A stretch of 64,000 nt of DNA. Origin: a virus. The translations under genes were made by a program, and so were the position numbers. Below, piece by piece: positions 27,660 to 37,581 of this stretch. Position 1 is the stretch's first letter; each line of letters starts with the position of its first letter. Below the pieces are notes generated by a model. That model did not search any database. It saw only the letters and a list, made by a program, of their open reading frames with translations, and was not told the origin of the DNA. The stretch lies in IMG/VR virus record IMGVR_UViG_3300045988_081205, one strand, 5' to 3'.

Positions 27660-29132
27660 TTGCTCTATGACCAAAATTCTGTTAGGCTGCTATTAGGTTG
27701 TTTGCTAATTAAGCCATCTCTTGCTATTTCTGATAAGTACCCTCTAAGCCGTGATGATTTTACGGTCGATTTTCATCTCAGATTATGGCAAGGGTGTGTT
27801 GCCCTAGCTAAGCGTGGAGCTGAGTCCATATCGTCACTAGACATTTATATGCTATGTAAGAACAATAAGCAGGTAGAGGATATATTCAAGTTAAATCAGT
27901 TAGACGATTTCATTGATACAGTCAAGCAGCTTGCTAATGTAGGTAATTTTGAGGTCTATTACAACAACACGCGCCGAGCCACATTACTTCGTTCTTACAA
28001 AAACGCTGGCTATAATGTAGACAAATTTGAGCAAGACGATAAAGCGACCATAGAGGATATAGTACAATACTTTGACGCACAGCAAATAGCTATAAAAAAG
28101 CAATTTTATAAAGACAAGGATATAGACGAGCTAAAAGCCGGTGATGGATTTGAAGCGGTTAAAGAGGGATTTAAGGCAGAGCCGCTATTCGGTGCAACGA
28201 CTTTTAGTGAATATCTAAACACAGCAGCTAGAGGCTGGATTCCGGGGCAGCTATCTATCTATTCAGTCGGTTCAGGCGTAGGAAAGTCAACTATTGGCTT
28301 GGCTAATCTTGTGCAAGTATGTTGTCCTAGAATCTATGATATGGATAAGGGGCAATATGTAGACAATCCATGTTATCAACATAAAGCTGGTCTATATCTT
28401 CAATTTGAAATGGCTGGTGATACTGAAATTACGCCTAAAATTGTGGCTACAATTAGCGGCGTACCATGCTTTAGCATCTTGAATGGGCGGTATGAAGAAG
28501 GTGAAGAAGAGCGTGTGGATGAGGCTATTAAAATTCTGCATGAATCTAAGTTATATATCGTCACCATGCCCAATTATACTGTTGATTTGATTGAATCCTA
28601 TGTAAAGGATTATGTAGTCAATAAGCAAGTGGGCTTCCTATGTTATGATTATATCGTTGAATCCTCATCTGTATCGAGCGACTTAGCTAAAAAGAATGGC
28701 GTATCTACTCGTTCAGATCAGGTGCTATCTGGCATAGCAAGTAAGCTCAAGGATTTAGCTGTTGAATATAATATCGCCGTCTTGACATTTACTCAGGTCA
28801 ATGCTAATGCTATGACGCAAGAAATTATGGATAGCGGCGTTGCGGCTGGTTCAAGAGCAATTCAGAACAAGGCTGATGTAGCTGGCGTAATCATGCCATT
28901 ACGCCGTAAGGAGCAAGAGATAGCTGATATGATGATGGAGAAATATTCTGATAAGATAAAGCCAAATCGCGTATTACACCTCTATAAGATGCGCTTCTCA
29001 CAGGTTGAGCAAGGTATTAAGATATATTTTAATCTTGATTTGAATACAGGTCGAACAAAGGATTGTTTTGTAACCACAAAATTCGATAATCCTTATCAAT
29101 TAACTAAGACAAGGTTGGTGTATGCTAAATGA
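27660..29132 (+). CDS. dnaB: DnaB-like replicative helicase
   Basis: TTG start after GGAGGA; Walker A GSGVGKST; Walker B-like LCYDYIV; N-terminal LLGCLLIKPSL DnaB-type domain. Confidence 0.75.
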   Translation: MLYDQNSVRLLLGCLLIKPSLAISDKYPLSRDDFTVDFHLRLWQGCVALAKRGAESISSLDIYMLCKNNKQVEDIFKLNQLDDFIDTVKQLANVGNFEVYYNNTRRATLLRSYKNAGYNVDKFEQDDKATIEDIVQYFDAQQIAIKKQFYKDKDIDELKAGDGFEAVKEGFKAEPLFGATTFSEYLNTAARGWIPGQLSIYSVGSGVGKSTIGLANLVQVCCPRIYDMDKGQYVDNPCYQHKAGLYLQFEMAGDTEITPKIVATISGVPCFSILNGRYEEGEEERVDEAIKILHESKLYIVTMPNYTVDLIESYVKDYVVNKQVGFLCYDYIVESSSVSSDLAKKNGVSTRSDQVLSGIASKLKDLAVEYNIAVLTFTQVNANAMTQEIMDSGVAAGSRAIQNKADVAGVIMPLRRKEQEIADMMMEKYSDKIKPNRVLHLYKMRFSQVEQGIKIYFNLDLNTGRTKDCFVTTKFDNPYQLTKTRLVYAK

Positions 29133-29302
29133 CATGGGTGATTTATGGAATAGCATTGTGTGTATCGTTTTTAGCCATTCTTTTTGGAGAATACGAATAC
29201 AAGAGAACCAATAAATATAGCGATTTGCTCATATGCGGCATTGGTTGTGGTTTATTGGCGTTTACGTTGATGTTCGGCGCGACATTGATTTTTGTCTTAT
29301 GA
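29129..29302 (+). CDS. 57-aa two-TM membrane protein
   Basis: Below track cutoff; ATGA overlaps at both ends (with helicase stop and primase start). Confidence 0.5.
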   Translation: MTWVIYGIALCVSFLAILFGEYEYKRTNKYSDLLICGIGCGLLAFTLMFGATLIFVL

Positions 29303-30348
29303 TCGACATTCAATCTCTTAAATCTCAGCTAACCGATGACCGCATTATAGAGCTAATGGATGCTCTAGGTGCTCCATTGATGAAGGCTGATAGCAACAAT
29401 TTGATATTTCCAAGCATATGCCATCAGAGCGACCCGTTAGCTCATTCCGCTAAATTATGGCTATACCTCGATTCTATGCAATTCCACTGTTGGAGCTGCG
29501 GCTTTTCAGGTGATGCTATATCTCTAGTTCAACACGTCAAGCATCTTGACTTTAATCAAGCTGTCTCATATATCTGCTCAGTCCTACATCTACAAGTAGG
29601 GCAAATAGAGCAAAATGAGCAGCTTGATAATTGGGCTGAATTGCGCCGATTTTTACCTAATGCTGAGCCAGAGCCAGATAAGCTCTTGACATATGACAAG
29701 TCTATATTATCTCTATTTGACCATTTATATCCGCAAGAATGGCTAGATTATGGCATTTCAGTGGATATACTTGATAAATTTGGCATAGGCTGGTATGCGC
29801 GTCAGGCGTGTATTTCCATACCTGTTGTGTTTAATGGTCAACTAGTAGGCGTGAGAGGGCGATACACAAGAGAGCAGAATGTGGCTAAGGGTAAGTATAG
29901 ACCAATATGTACGCTGGATGGGACAGTTCTAAAGTTGGCAACATCACAAGTCATGTATGGCTATGACCAAAATAAAGCCGCTATTGAAAAGTCACGCCAA
30001 GTAGTGCTATTTGAGAGTGAAAAGTCAGTACTAAAAGCGCCAAGTTACAATTTGCATAATGCTCTGGCCGTCTTTGGCTCTAATATAAGTAGACAACACA
30101 TACAGCTATTACTAGAGCTAGGTGTGAATGATGTGGTGCTATGCATGGATAGCGACTATAAGCAAGTAGGTGATGATGAATTTAAGTTCTTTGTTGTCAA
30201 GATGAAGAAATTAGCAGCTAAGCTAAAGCCATTCTTTAACTGTTCGATAGTATATAACAATCAAGGCTATGATATGTATAAATGCAATATGATGGATATG
30301 CCATATGAGCAAGCTATGAAATTATGGGAAAGTAGGGTGAGAGTATGA
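29299..30348 (+). CDS. dnaG: DnaG-like primase (zinc-binding + TOPRIM)
   Basis: CH...CWSCG zinc motif; TOPRIM residues VLFESEKS and CMDSDYKQVGD. Confidence 0.7.
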   Translation: MIDIQSLKSQLTDDRIIELMDALGAPLMKADSNNLIFPSICHQSDPLAHSAKLWLYLDSMQFHCWSCGFSGDAISLVQHVKHLDFNQAVSYICSVLHLQVGQIEQNEQLDNWAELRRFLPNAEPEPDKLLTYDKSILSLFDHLYPQEWLDYGISVDILDKFGIGWYARQACISIPVVFNGQLVGVRGRYTREQNVAKGKYRPICTLDGTVLKLATSQVMYGYDQNKAAIEKSRQVVLFESEKSVLKAPSYNLHNALAVFGSNISRQHIQLLLELGVNDVVLCMDSDYKQVGDDEFKFFVVKMKKLAAKLKPFFNCSIVYNNQGYDMYKCNMMDMPYEQAMKLWESRVRV

Positions 30349-30668
30349 GAACACCATGCAAGTATGCGCATGAAAACCGGTATGATAGATATGTAGACGG
30401 TAAAATTCGTGAAGTAATAATCAATGAATGCTGGGCTACCAAAGAACCATTTGAATGTGACAGTAAATGTAAGGAGACGTGCGGTGTATATGAATCAGCC
30501 AATAAAGGCAAGGCGTTAAAATGGCTCAATGCAGGATACTTTGATGAATGGTATGGTTGTACTTGTAAATGCGCGAGATGTGGGGCTGAAGTATGTGGAT
30601 GTGATGCCCGTAATTATTGCCCTAATTGTGGTTACGAATACAAGGCATGGGATGGCAAAATTCTATAA
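30345..30668 (+). CDS. hypothetical Cys-rich protein
   Basis: ORF track; ATGA coupling. Confidence 0.55.
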   Translation: MRTPCKYAHENRYDRYVDGKIREVIINECWATKEPFECDSKCKETCGVYESANKGKALKWLNAGYFDEWYGCTCKCARCGAEVCGCDARNYCPNCGYEYKAWDGKIL

Positions 30669-30677
30669 ATTTAATAC

Positions 30678-30706
30678 TTGACAATCAACCTCCTTTATGA
30701 TATAAT
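30678..30706 (+). promoter_or_regulatory. consensus promoter with anti-SD in spacer
   Basis: TTGACA, 17 nt, TGaTATAAT; 30683-30695 is the exact complement of 30722-30734. Confidence 0.65.
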
Positions 30707-30739
30707 CACTATATCAACAATAAGGAGGTTGATTTTATT

Positions 30740-31174
30740 ATGAGTAAATTCAAAGTAGGAGATAAGGTGGCTTATGTAACCAAGCCAGATGAAGAAATTG
30801 GCGAGGTGAATTGTGTCGTAGAGGACAGATATGGTTGTCATATCTTTGTTGCGTTCAACAAAAAGAAAGTATATGAAATGCAACTAGCCGGTTATAACTA
30901 TGATGAAGATAAGTTAGTTAAGATTGACGAGTATACCTTATCAGATGATGAAATCTATACCATGCTCAAGCCGAAGCTCGAAAGTATGTGTATGAAAACA
31001 GAATATCACAAATTATTGCCAACTGTATTTGAATTAGAATTTGAATCACAAAAGGATTATGACCCATATGTTCCAGAAAGTGATGTAATTAAAGCTATTG
31101 CTCTAGCATATCGTTCTGGTTATCTTAGAGCTAAGAAAGGAAGACCATTTAAGATTGGAGGAGAGAAAGAATGA
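30740..31174 (+). CDS. hypothetical protein
   Basis: ORF track; AAGGAGG upstream. Confidence 0.6.
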   Translation: MSKFKVGDKVAYVTKPDEEIGEVNCVVEDRYGCHIFVAFNKKKVYEMQLAGYNYDEDKLVKIDEYTLSDDEIYTMLKPKLESMCMKTEYHKLLPTVFELEFESQKDYDPYVPESDVIKAIALAYRSGYLRAKKGRPFKIGGEKE

Positions 31175-31404
31175 TTGAATGGCATAAAGTAACAGATGAA
31201 TTGCCACCATATGATACGCCAGTTCTTGTGTCTGGTTCAGACACAGGCACATATCTAGAGGAATATGTTCATGTAATGAAAATATTTATTAAGAATCATA
31301 CATATCTGTGGCAATGCATGTGGGACGCTGATGTGTATGAAGTATATGAAGATGATTATTGGGCATATATTAACTTACCAAAAAAGGACGGTGATTCAGA
31401 TTAA
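31171..31404 (+). CDS. DUF551-like protein
   Basis: ATGA coupling; WHKVTDELPP start and C-terminal YWAYINLPKKD. Confidence 0.5.
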   Translation: MIEWHKVTDELPPYDTPVLVSGSDTGTYLEEYVHVMKIFIKNHTYLWQCMWDADVYEVYEDDYWAYINLPKKDGDSD

Positions 31405-33010
31405 GATTCATCCACTACTAGATTCCCTTAATGAAGTCACATTTTTAAGGGAATACTTAACCGCTTGTGGCATAGCTGATGTTGACTCATATCTCAATCC
31501 AGATAGTATTGAATATCAATCACATGATATGTATAAAAATATGGACAAGGCGATTAGCTTATTCAATTATCATATGCCAAATGGAAAGATTGTGATTGTT
31601 CAAGACAGCGATAATGATGGCAGTTGTTCAGCAGCAATTACATATATGCTATGTCGTGAATTTGGCGCAACTGATATTGAAGTGTTATATCATGCAAATA
31701 AGCAACATGGATTATCTGACCTCATGCCGCAAATTATCACTGAATCACCTAGCTTAGTTATTGTTCCTGATGCTGGCAGTAATAATATCTCAGAATGTCA
31801 AGAGTTGTTTCAGCGCAATATTGCCGTATTGATTTTAGACCATCATAACATTGAGTCACATAATTATTGTGCTATTGTGGTAAACCCATTTAATGATGAA
31901 CAGGATGAACATATCAATAAATCAATCTCTGGTACAGGTGTTGTAGAAAAATTTGCTTGTGCTCTTGGCTCAAATCAATCTTTCAAAGACCTCGTGGCTA
32001 TTAGCCTAATCTCTGATATTTGCAGCTTACGTTCATCTGAGAACCGTAAATATGTATATGATGGCTTGACTAATCCAACTAATCCATTTATCAAATATTG
32101 CTTAGAGCATTGTTGCAATCGTGGCGTCAATCCAGAGGGTGTGGCATTTGGTATTGCACCACTTGCTAATGCTCTTGCTCGTAGTGATGACCAGTCTACC
32201 AAGCGGCTATTTTTTGATGCACTGATTGGTAAGATTGAACCAGAAGTCGCTGTGAAGGCTATGAAAGCCGTAAAGTCCAAGCAGGATTATCAGGTTAAAA
32301 AGGTCGTAGATAAGCTGTCAGATGGGCTTGACACGTCTCACAAGGTCATTATCGGCTTTGGTGAGCCTGAGAATAAATCCTATTTAGGGCTTGTAGCTAA
32401 TAAATTCTGTGGCAAATATAATAAGCCTACGTTCTTGCTAAGAGAGCTAAATAGCACAACATGGTCTGGCTCGATGCGCAGTCCTATTGATTTGCTTGAG
32501 ATTATCAATGAATCAGGGTTGGCTAAATGTCAAGGACATGATGCTGCAGCTGGTATCACTGTCAAGAAATCAAATCTCAAGCGATTTGCACGATTCTTAG
32601 ATGGGCTGGATTTGGACGTAGAGCCAGATATTGAAATAGCGGCTCAGATTGAGCCTAATAATATCACACACAATCTTGCAAATGTGTGTGTAGAAAATAA
32701 TATCCTATGGGGCAAGGATATAAACAAGCCGTTATTTCATTGTACTTTAACATCTCCGCAGATTTATGTATATCGTAATCGCTCAACTACTGTCAAGCTG
32801 ATTCAGGATGGCATTGAGTTTATCAAATTCTTTGTTAATAATGAAGAAGCAAGCCAATTTGAATCAGCTCAAGGTAAATCCATAGAGGTAGTAGTATCGC
32901 TTGGATTGAATGAATATAATGGACAAATTAAGCCTCAAGCTATTATTGAGCGATATGAGATTATTGATAAGACAGAAAATGAAATTGATTGGAGTGAATA
33001 TTTTAATTGA
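31391..33010 (+). CDS. recJ: RecJ-like DHH-family ssDNA exonuclease
   Basis: DSDNDGSCSAA and LILDHHN (DHH) motifs; start uncertain (GTG 31391, or in-frame ATGs from 31331). Confidence 0.7.
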   Translation: MIQIKIHPLLDSLNEVTFLREYLTACGIADVDSYLNPDSIEYQSHDMYKNMDKAISLFNYHMPNGKIVIVQDSDNDGSCSAAITYMLCREFGATDIEVLYHANKQHGLSDLMPQIITESPSLVIVPDAGSNNISECQELFQRNIAVLILDHHNIESHNYCAIVVNPFNDEQDEHINKSISGTGVVEKFACALGSNQSFKDLVAISLISDICSLRSSENRKYVYDGLTNPTNPFIKYCLEHCCNRGVNPEGVAFGIAPLANALARSDDQSTKRLFFDALIGKIEPEVAVKAMKAVKSKQDYQVKKVVDKLSDGLDTSHKVIIGFGEPENKSYLGLVANKFCGKYNKPTFLLRELNSTTWSGSMRSPIDLLEIINESGLAKCQGHDAAAGITVKKSNLKRFARFLDGLDLDVEPDIEIAAQIEPNNITHNLANVCVENNILWGKDINKPLFHCTLTSPQIYVYRNRSTTVKLIQDGIEFIKFFVNNEEASQFESAQGKSIEVVVSLGLNEYNGQIKPQAIIERYEIIDKTENEIDWSEYFN

Positions 33011-33177
33011 GCAATTTAAGAAAATGGACTAAGGCGATTAGTATGGTTACATCTGTTATACTATATACACTGATTTTACGTGGTTATAGCAACAGATTGG
33101 TGTTGTTGGTAGTGGCTGTTATTGCTTGTATGACAAATAGCCTAGATGGTTGGATTGGAGGGGATGAGTCTAATTGA
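33007..33177 (+). CDS. small membrane protein (up to 56 aa)
   Basis: Below track cutoff; TTG 33007 overlaps the RecJ-like stop (alternative ATG 33043); hydrophobic core. Confidence 0.35.
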   Translation: MSNLRKWTKAISMVTSVILYTLILRGYSNRLVLLVVAVIACMTNSLDGWIGGDESN

Positions 33178-33353
33178 GTAGAGCAGAAAGAAATCGTCGC
33201 AAACGGATTGAGCGTCCCCTAAAATATGCTCCTATCAAATGCCCAAATTGCGGCTTAATGGTAGATGAAAAATATGTAGTTGACATAAATTCTACCTGTC
33301 CTATTTGTGGTAATGAGTTATTTGCAGAATTAAAGAAAATGATTGAAAAATAA
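33174..33353 (+). CDS. 59-aa zinc-ribbon protein
   Basis: Below track cutoff; TTGA overlap; CPNCG...CPICG. Confidence 0.45.
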   Translation: MSRAERNRRKRIERPLKYAPIKCPNCGLMVDEKYVVDINSTCPICGNELFAELKKMIEK

Positions 33354-33366
33354 TTAAAATAGGGTA

Positions 33367-33395
33367 TTGACAAAGCCTCCTGTTCATGGTATACT
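33367..33395 (+). promoter_or_regulatory. consensus promoter with anti-SD in spacer
   Basis: TTGACA, 17 nt, TGgTATACT; 33376-33385 complementary to 33408-33417. Confidence 0.65.
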
Positions 33396-33425
33396 TGATT
33401 TATCAAAGAACAGGAGGTTGTTTTA

Positions 33426-33686
33426 ATGCAAGACGTATTAACCTATGAAGCATGGCTCGATGCTGTATGTCATATCTGTAATAGCTTGTTGAAAGCAAAT
33501 GTAAGCATAACAGGCAATAACGAATTTAAGGTGACAGCTACAAAATATCGTTGGATTACATTTGTTGATTGCATTGGATTTGAAGTAATGTACAATGAAG
33601 GCTTTGAGCCAGCATTTGGTGCAACTAAGCTGATGGAAATTATTATTGATAGATGGGAACAACTGCTGGTTGAGGAGGATAAATAA
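33426..33686 (+). CDS. hypothetical protein
   Basis: ORF track; CAGGAGG upstream. Confidence 0.6.
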   Translation: MQDVLTYEAWLDAVCHICNSLLKANVSITGNNEFKVTATKYRWITFVDCIGFEVMYNEGFEPAFGATKLMEIIIDRWEQLLVEEDK

Positions 33687-34381
33687 TGCAATATATGGGT
33701 GGCAAAAGCCGCATTTCTAAACAAATTGCAGAGGTATTAAATTCAGCTATCAACAAAGATACACCGTTTGTAAGCCTGTTTTGCGGCTCATGTGCTATTG
33801 AATCAAAAGTACAAGCAGATGTTAAAATTCTTAATGACAAGCATCCATATCTCATTGCTATGTGGCAAGCACTACAAAATGGCTGGACACCGCCTGATGT
33901 TGTGACCAAAGAAGAATATTATCGTGTTAAAGCTAATATGGACGAAAATCCTGCATTGACTGGATTTGTTGGATTTGGTTGCTCATTCGGCGGAAAATGG
34001 TTTGGAGGTCTAGCAAGCAATAAAAAAGGCGATAATTATTGTGCAAGAGCAGAGCGTAGTTTGCTCAAAGATTTGCGCGGAGTACAATCTGCTACATTCA
34101 CTTGCCTTGACTATCATGACGTAGAAATCCCGGATGGTGCGGTTGTATATTGTGACCCACCCTATGCCAATACGACGGGATATACAGTTGGACAATTTGA
34201 TACGAATGAATTTTGGTATTATATGCGTCAGCTGTCTAAGCGATGTGATGTATATATCAGTGAGGAATCTGCGCCTGATGATTTTGAATGTGTATGGTCA
34301 CAAGAATTAACGAGAACGCTTGACTTCAATAAATCCAATCAACCAAAGAAAGTAGAAAAATTGTTCAAATATAAGGGATAA
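33686..34381 (+). CDS. dam: Dam-like N6-adenine DNA methyltransferase (D12 class)
   Basis: N-terminal YMGGKSRI and catalytic DPPY (VYCDPPYANT). Confidence 0.8.
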   Translation: MQYMGGKSRISKQIAEVLNSAINKDTPFVSLFCGSCAIESKVQADVKILNDKHPYLIAMWQALQNGWTPPDVVTKEEYYRVKANMDENPALTGFVGFGCSFGGKWFGGLASNKKGDNYCARAERSLLKDLRGVQSATFTCLDYHDVEIPDGAVVYCDPPYANTTGYTVGQFDTNEFWYYMRQLSKRCDVYISEESAPDDFECVWSQELTRTLDFNKSNQPKKVEKLFKYKG

Positions 34382-34382
34382 T

Positions 34383-37300
34383 ATGCAAACAGTAAAATTA
34401 ACCCCAATGCGCATGATATTCAATAACCCTGAATCCAATTTCTCAATTATATCATGCAGCACTAAGGATGAAACAATAGAAATCAACCCTCAATATGGCA
34501 CAATCAGCCTAAAAGGAACTGGCATTGCCGATCTGAAAATGGGGCAATCCATTGATTGTATCATAGAGCCATGTGTGGATGATAAATACAAATACAGCTA
34601 TAAATTCATTGGCTTTGCTGGATTTGTAGCTAAAGATGGCAAATTCAACCTAACTGAAAAAGCCGAGCTACAGACATTGCGTAGTTTAATGACTAATGGG
34701 CAAGCTGAATCATGTCATGCCGCATATCCTCATTTTGTCAGTATGGTGCTGAATGGTGAAGCCGACAAGCTAGACTACAAAAAAATTCGTGGCGTAGGCA
34801 AGGTGTTATTGCCAAGATATATTGATAAAATCAAGACGATCAACAAGCGTGTGGAATTTATGGGAGAAACATATGCTTGGGGCATTGAGCATGATGAGGA
34901 TATAAACAAAATCGCCGCGGCATATAAGAACGTATATGGATTCAGCCAAGATATAAATACCAATCCATATGCTATTATGATTAACTTGCTTGAATGGTCA
35001 TTTGATAGAGCAGATAGGGTGATAACTAAGAAAACAGCAAAATGGCTGGATAGCTATGAACGATGTGAGGCGGCTACTATCTATGCTCTAAAGCATAATG
35101 AGCTGGACGGCAATACAAGGATGCAAGCCAAGATGTTGTTTGATATGGTAAAGCGCAAAGCCCCTCAATGCGTTCATCATCTCCTCGATGTTGTGACGAA
35201 ATCGGCGCAAGTACACTATGACGCTCCTAGCCAAAACACAGCTCTACAAGTCACATATAGTGCTGAACAGCATATTGCTGATGTTATCAAGAAAAAAATA
35301 GCCAATCCACATTACTATCCTATGGATTGGCAGAAGTTTACAAGTGTAGACGGTTTAGAGCTGACTGATGAACAAACGCAGATTCTTGAAATGGCTTGTA
35401 AACAAGATGTTATGATGCTGACTGGTTCGGCTGGTTGTGTTGATTGCGATACTGAATTTTTTACTGGTACTGGTTGGAAGCGAATTGCGGATTATCAAGA
35501 CGGCGACAGGGTGCTTCAGTACAACGAGGACGGAACAGCAGAACTTGTAAATCCCATTGCTTATATCAAGAAGACATGCAATACGTTATGGCATTTTGAG
35601 ACGCTTCGAGGATTAAATCAAACTGTCTGTGATGATCATAGAATTATATATGAAACAAGAGACGGTGTATTAAAAGAATGTAATATTGAACAACTAAAAC
35701 AAATGCACTTACCGTCAACCAAGAATTTCCAAGGGAGGTTTCTCACAACATTCAACCTTGGTGGTTCTGGTATAGATTTAAATGAATGGCAAATTCGTCT
35801 AATGTGCGCGGTTTTGGCAGATGGGCATTTCAACGCCGGTAATAAAAATAGCACAAGATGTACATTTCATATAAAAAAGCAACGTAAGAAAGATAGACTG
35901 ATTTATCTTTTCAATAAAAATGGACTTGAATATAAAGAACATGAAAGTACAGAAGAAGGATATACTGACTATCATGTGTATGTTCCAAGGAGAGAAAAGC
36001 AATTTACAGAGTATTGGTATGGGTGTTCTAATGAACAATTAAAGATAATTGTAGATGAGGTTGTTTATTGGGATGGATGTATAAGATACACAAAAAATAA
36101 TACTAAGTATTTAACTTATTGTTCATCTATAAAATCAGACGCAGATTTCATTCAATATGCAGCATCCGCGATTGGAATTAGAGCGTCTATAAGCACTTGT
36201 AATAGAATTGGTGAAATCAAGCATTTGAACGGGAAAGAATATATTAGAAAGACAAATGTATATACGGTTCATTTTTCCAACAGAACAAAAGTAGGATTGT
36301 GTTCAGATAATAGAAGTAAATGTACTAAAACGCCCATAACTCAAGTGCCAACCACTGATGGATATAAATACTGCTTTACAGTACCATCACATATGCTCGT
36401 ACTAAGAAGAAAAGATTGCATTTTCATTACTGGCAACTGTGGCAAAACAACAAGTATGCAAGCACTTGTTAATATGCTAGATAGCAATGGGTACACATAT
36501 ACTCTACTTGCCCCGACAGGAATATCTAGCAAAAAATTACGAGAAGCAACGCAAAAAGAAGCGTCCACCATCCATATGTTTTTAACCATGAGTGAGAACC
36601 TAGGAGATTATCTAATCATAGATGAAGCCAGTCAAATTAGCGTCCATTTGCTATCAATGCTATTTGATAAGGTAACAGACCGTACTAAGATAATCTTCAT
36701 AGCCGACCCATCTCAGCTTGCATCTATTGCTTGCGGCAACATTGTTGAGGATATGCTTGATAGCGGCATCGTGCCTGTATGTAACTTGACTAAGGTATTC
36801 AGATATAACACATCTGGCATTATTACTATAGCTACTGATGTACGAAATGGAGTAAATGACCATCTGACAGATACTTTCACAGATTATAAGTTCATTGAAA
36901 CTGATACATTAGTAATCAAGCAAATTGAGCAAGAATATGCGCGGCTCTTAGCAGATGGATACAGTAAGGATGATGTGCTGATTCTATCTCCATTCAATAA
37001 GGGTGATGTTGGCTCATTGGCTATCAATGCGGCGATTCAAGCCAAATTCAATCCAAATGAATTAAGCAAGGTTGGGCATACTGTCAATGATGTACCTATA
37101 TATTTCAAAGTTGGCGATAAGGTAATCAATAAAAAGAATGAATATGCTATGCCGCTTGTTGATGATGATACGGCTTTTGTAGCAAATGGCGATATTGGCA
37201 CAGTGATGGAAATTGTGCCTGATGAAAAAGAGCCATATATGATTGTGCGATATGATTGCGGCGATTGTATAGTAGATAAGGCGCATATCAAGAATACGCT

Positions 37301-37535
37301 ACTTAGTTATTGTGTCAGCATCCATTCAGCGCAAGGTAGCCAAGCAAAGGCTGTGATTGTAGTGATTGATAGAAGCCACGTAAGGATGCTATCGCGCAAC
37401 TTGTGCTATACAGCGGTATCACGCGCACAAGAGCGGCTAATATTGATTGGAGATGAGGCGGCTATTCAAGATGGGCTAAAGGTGCAAGAGGAAAAGGAAA
37501 GGGATACTTATTTGCGATATTTTTTAATAAAATAA
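34383..37535 (+). CDS. SF1 (RecD/Dda-like) DNA helicase precursor with an intein in the Walker A motif
   Basis: Extein joins to LTGSAG-CGKTTSMQAL; IIDEASQ Walker B; SIHSAQGSQ and CYTAVSRAQERLILIG C-terminal SF1 motifs. Confidence 0.8.
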   Translation: MQTVKLTPMRMIFNNPESNFSIISCSTKDETIEINPQYGTISLKGTGIADLKMGQSIDCIIEPCVDDKYKYSYKFIGFAGFVAKDGKFNLTEKAELQTLRSLMTNGQAESCHAAYPHFVSMVLNGEADKLDYKKIRGVGKVLLPRYIDKIKTINKRVEFMGETYAWGIEHDEDINKIAAAYKNVYGFSQDINTNPYAIMINLLEWSFDRADRVITKKTAKWLDSYERCEAATIYALKHNELDGNTRMQAKMLFDMVKRKAPQCVHHLLDVVTKSAQVHYDAPSQNTALQVTYSAEQHIADVIKKKIANPHYYPMDWQKFTSVDGLELTDEQTQILEMACKQDVMMLTGSAGCVDCDTEFFTGTGWKRIADYQDGDRVLQYNEDGTAELVNPIAYIKKTCNTLWHFETLRGLNQTVCDDHRIIYETRDGVLKECNIEQLKQMHLPSTKNFQGRFLTTFNLGGSGIDLNEWQIRLMCAVLADGHFNAGNKNSTRCTFHIKKQRKKDRLIYLFNKNGLEYKEHESTEEGYTDYHVYVPRREKQFTEYWYGCSNEQLKIIVDEVVYWDGCIRYTKNNTKYLTYCSSIKSDADFIQYAASAIGIRASISTCNRIGEIKHLNGKEYIRKTNVYTVHFSNRTKVGLCSDNRSKCTKTPITQVPTTDGYKYCFTVPSHMLVLRRKDCIFITGNCGKTTSMQALVNMLDSNGYTYTLLAPTGISSKKLREATQKEASTIHMFLTMSENLGDYLIIDEASQISVHLLSMLFDKVTDRTKIIFIADPSQLASIACGNIVEDMLDSGIVPVCNLTKVFRYNTSGIITIATDVRNGVNDHLTDTFTDYKFIETDTLVIKQIEQEYARLLADGYSKDDVLILSPFNKGDVGSLAINAAIQAKFNPNELSKVGHTVNDVPIYFKVGDKVINKKNEYAMPLVDDDTAFVANGDIGTVMEIVPDEKEPYMIVRYDCGDCIVDKAHIKNTLLSYCVSIHSAQGSQAKAVIVVIDRSHVRMLSRNLCYTAVSRAQERLILIGDEAAIQDGLKVQEEKERDTYLRYFLIK
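35436..36437 (+). mobile_element. intein (334 aa) with LAGLIDADG-type homing endonuclease domain
   Basis: Starts CVDCDTEF (block A), TVCDDH (block B), LMCAVLADGHF and IIVDEVVYWDGC (LAGLIDADG-like), ends FITGN followed by +1 Cys of CGKTT. Confidence 0.75.
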
Positions 37536-37539
37536 TATA

Positions 37540-37568
37540 TTGACAAATATCTATATATGTGATATAAT
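37540..37568 (+). promoter_or_regulatory. consensus promoter of HNH cassette C
   Basis: TTGACA, 17 nt, TGaTATAAT. Confidence 0.65.
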
Positions 37569-37581
37569 ATAAATAAGGGTA

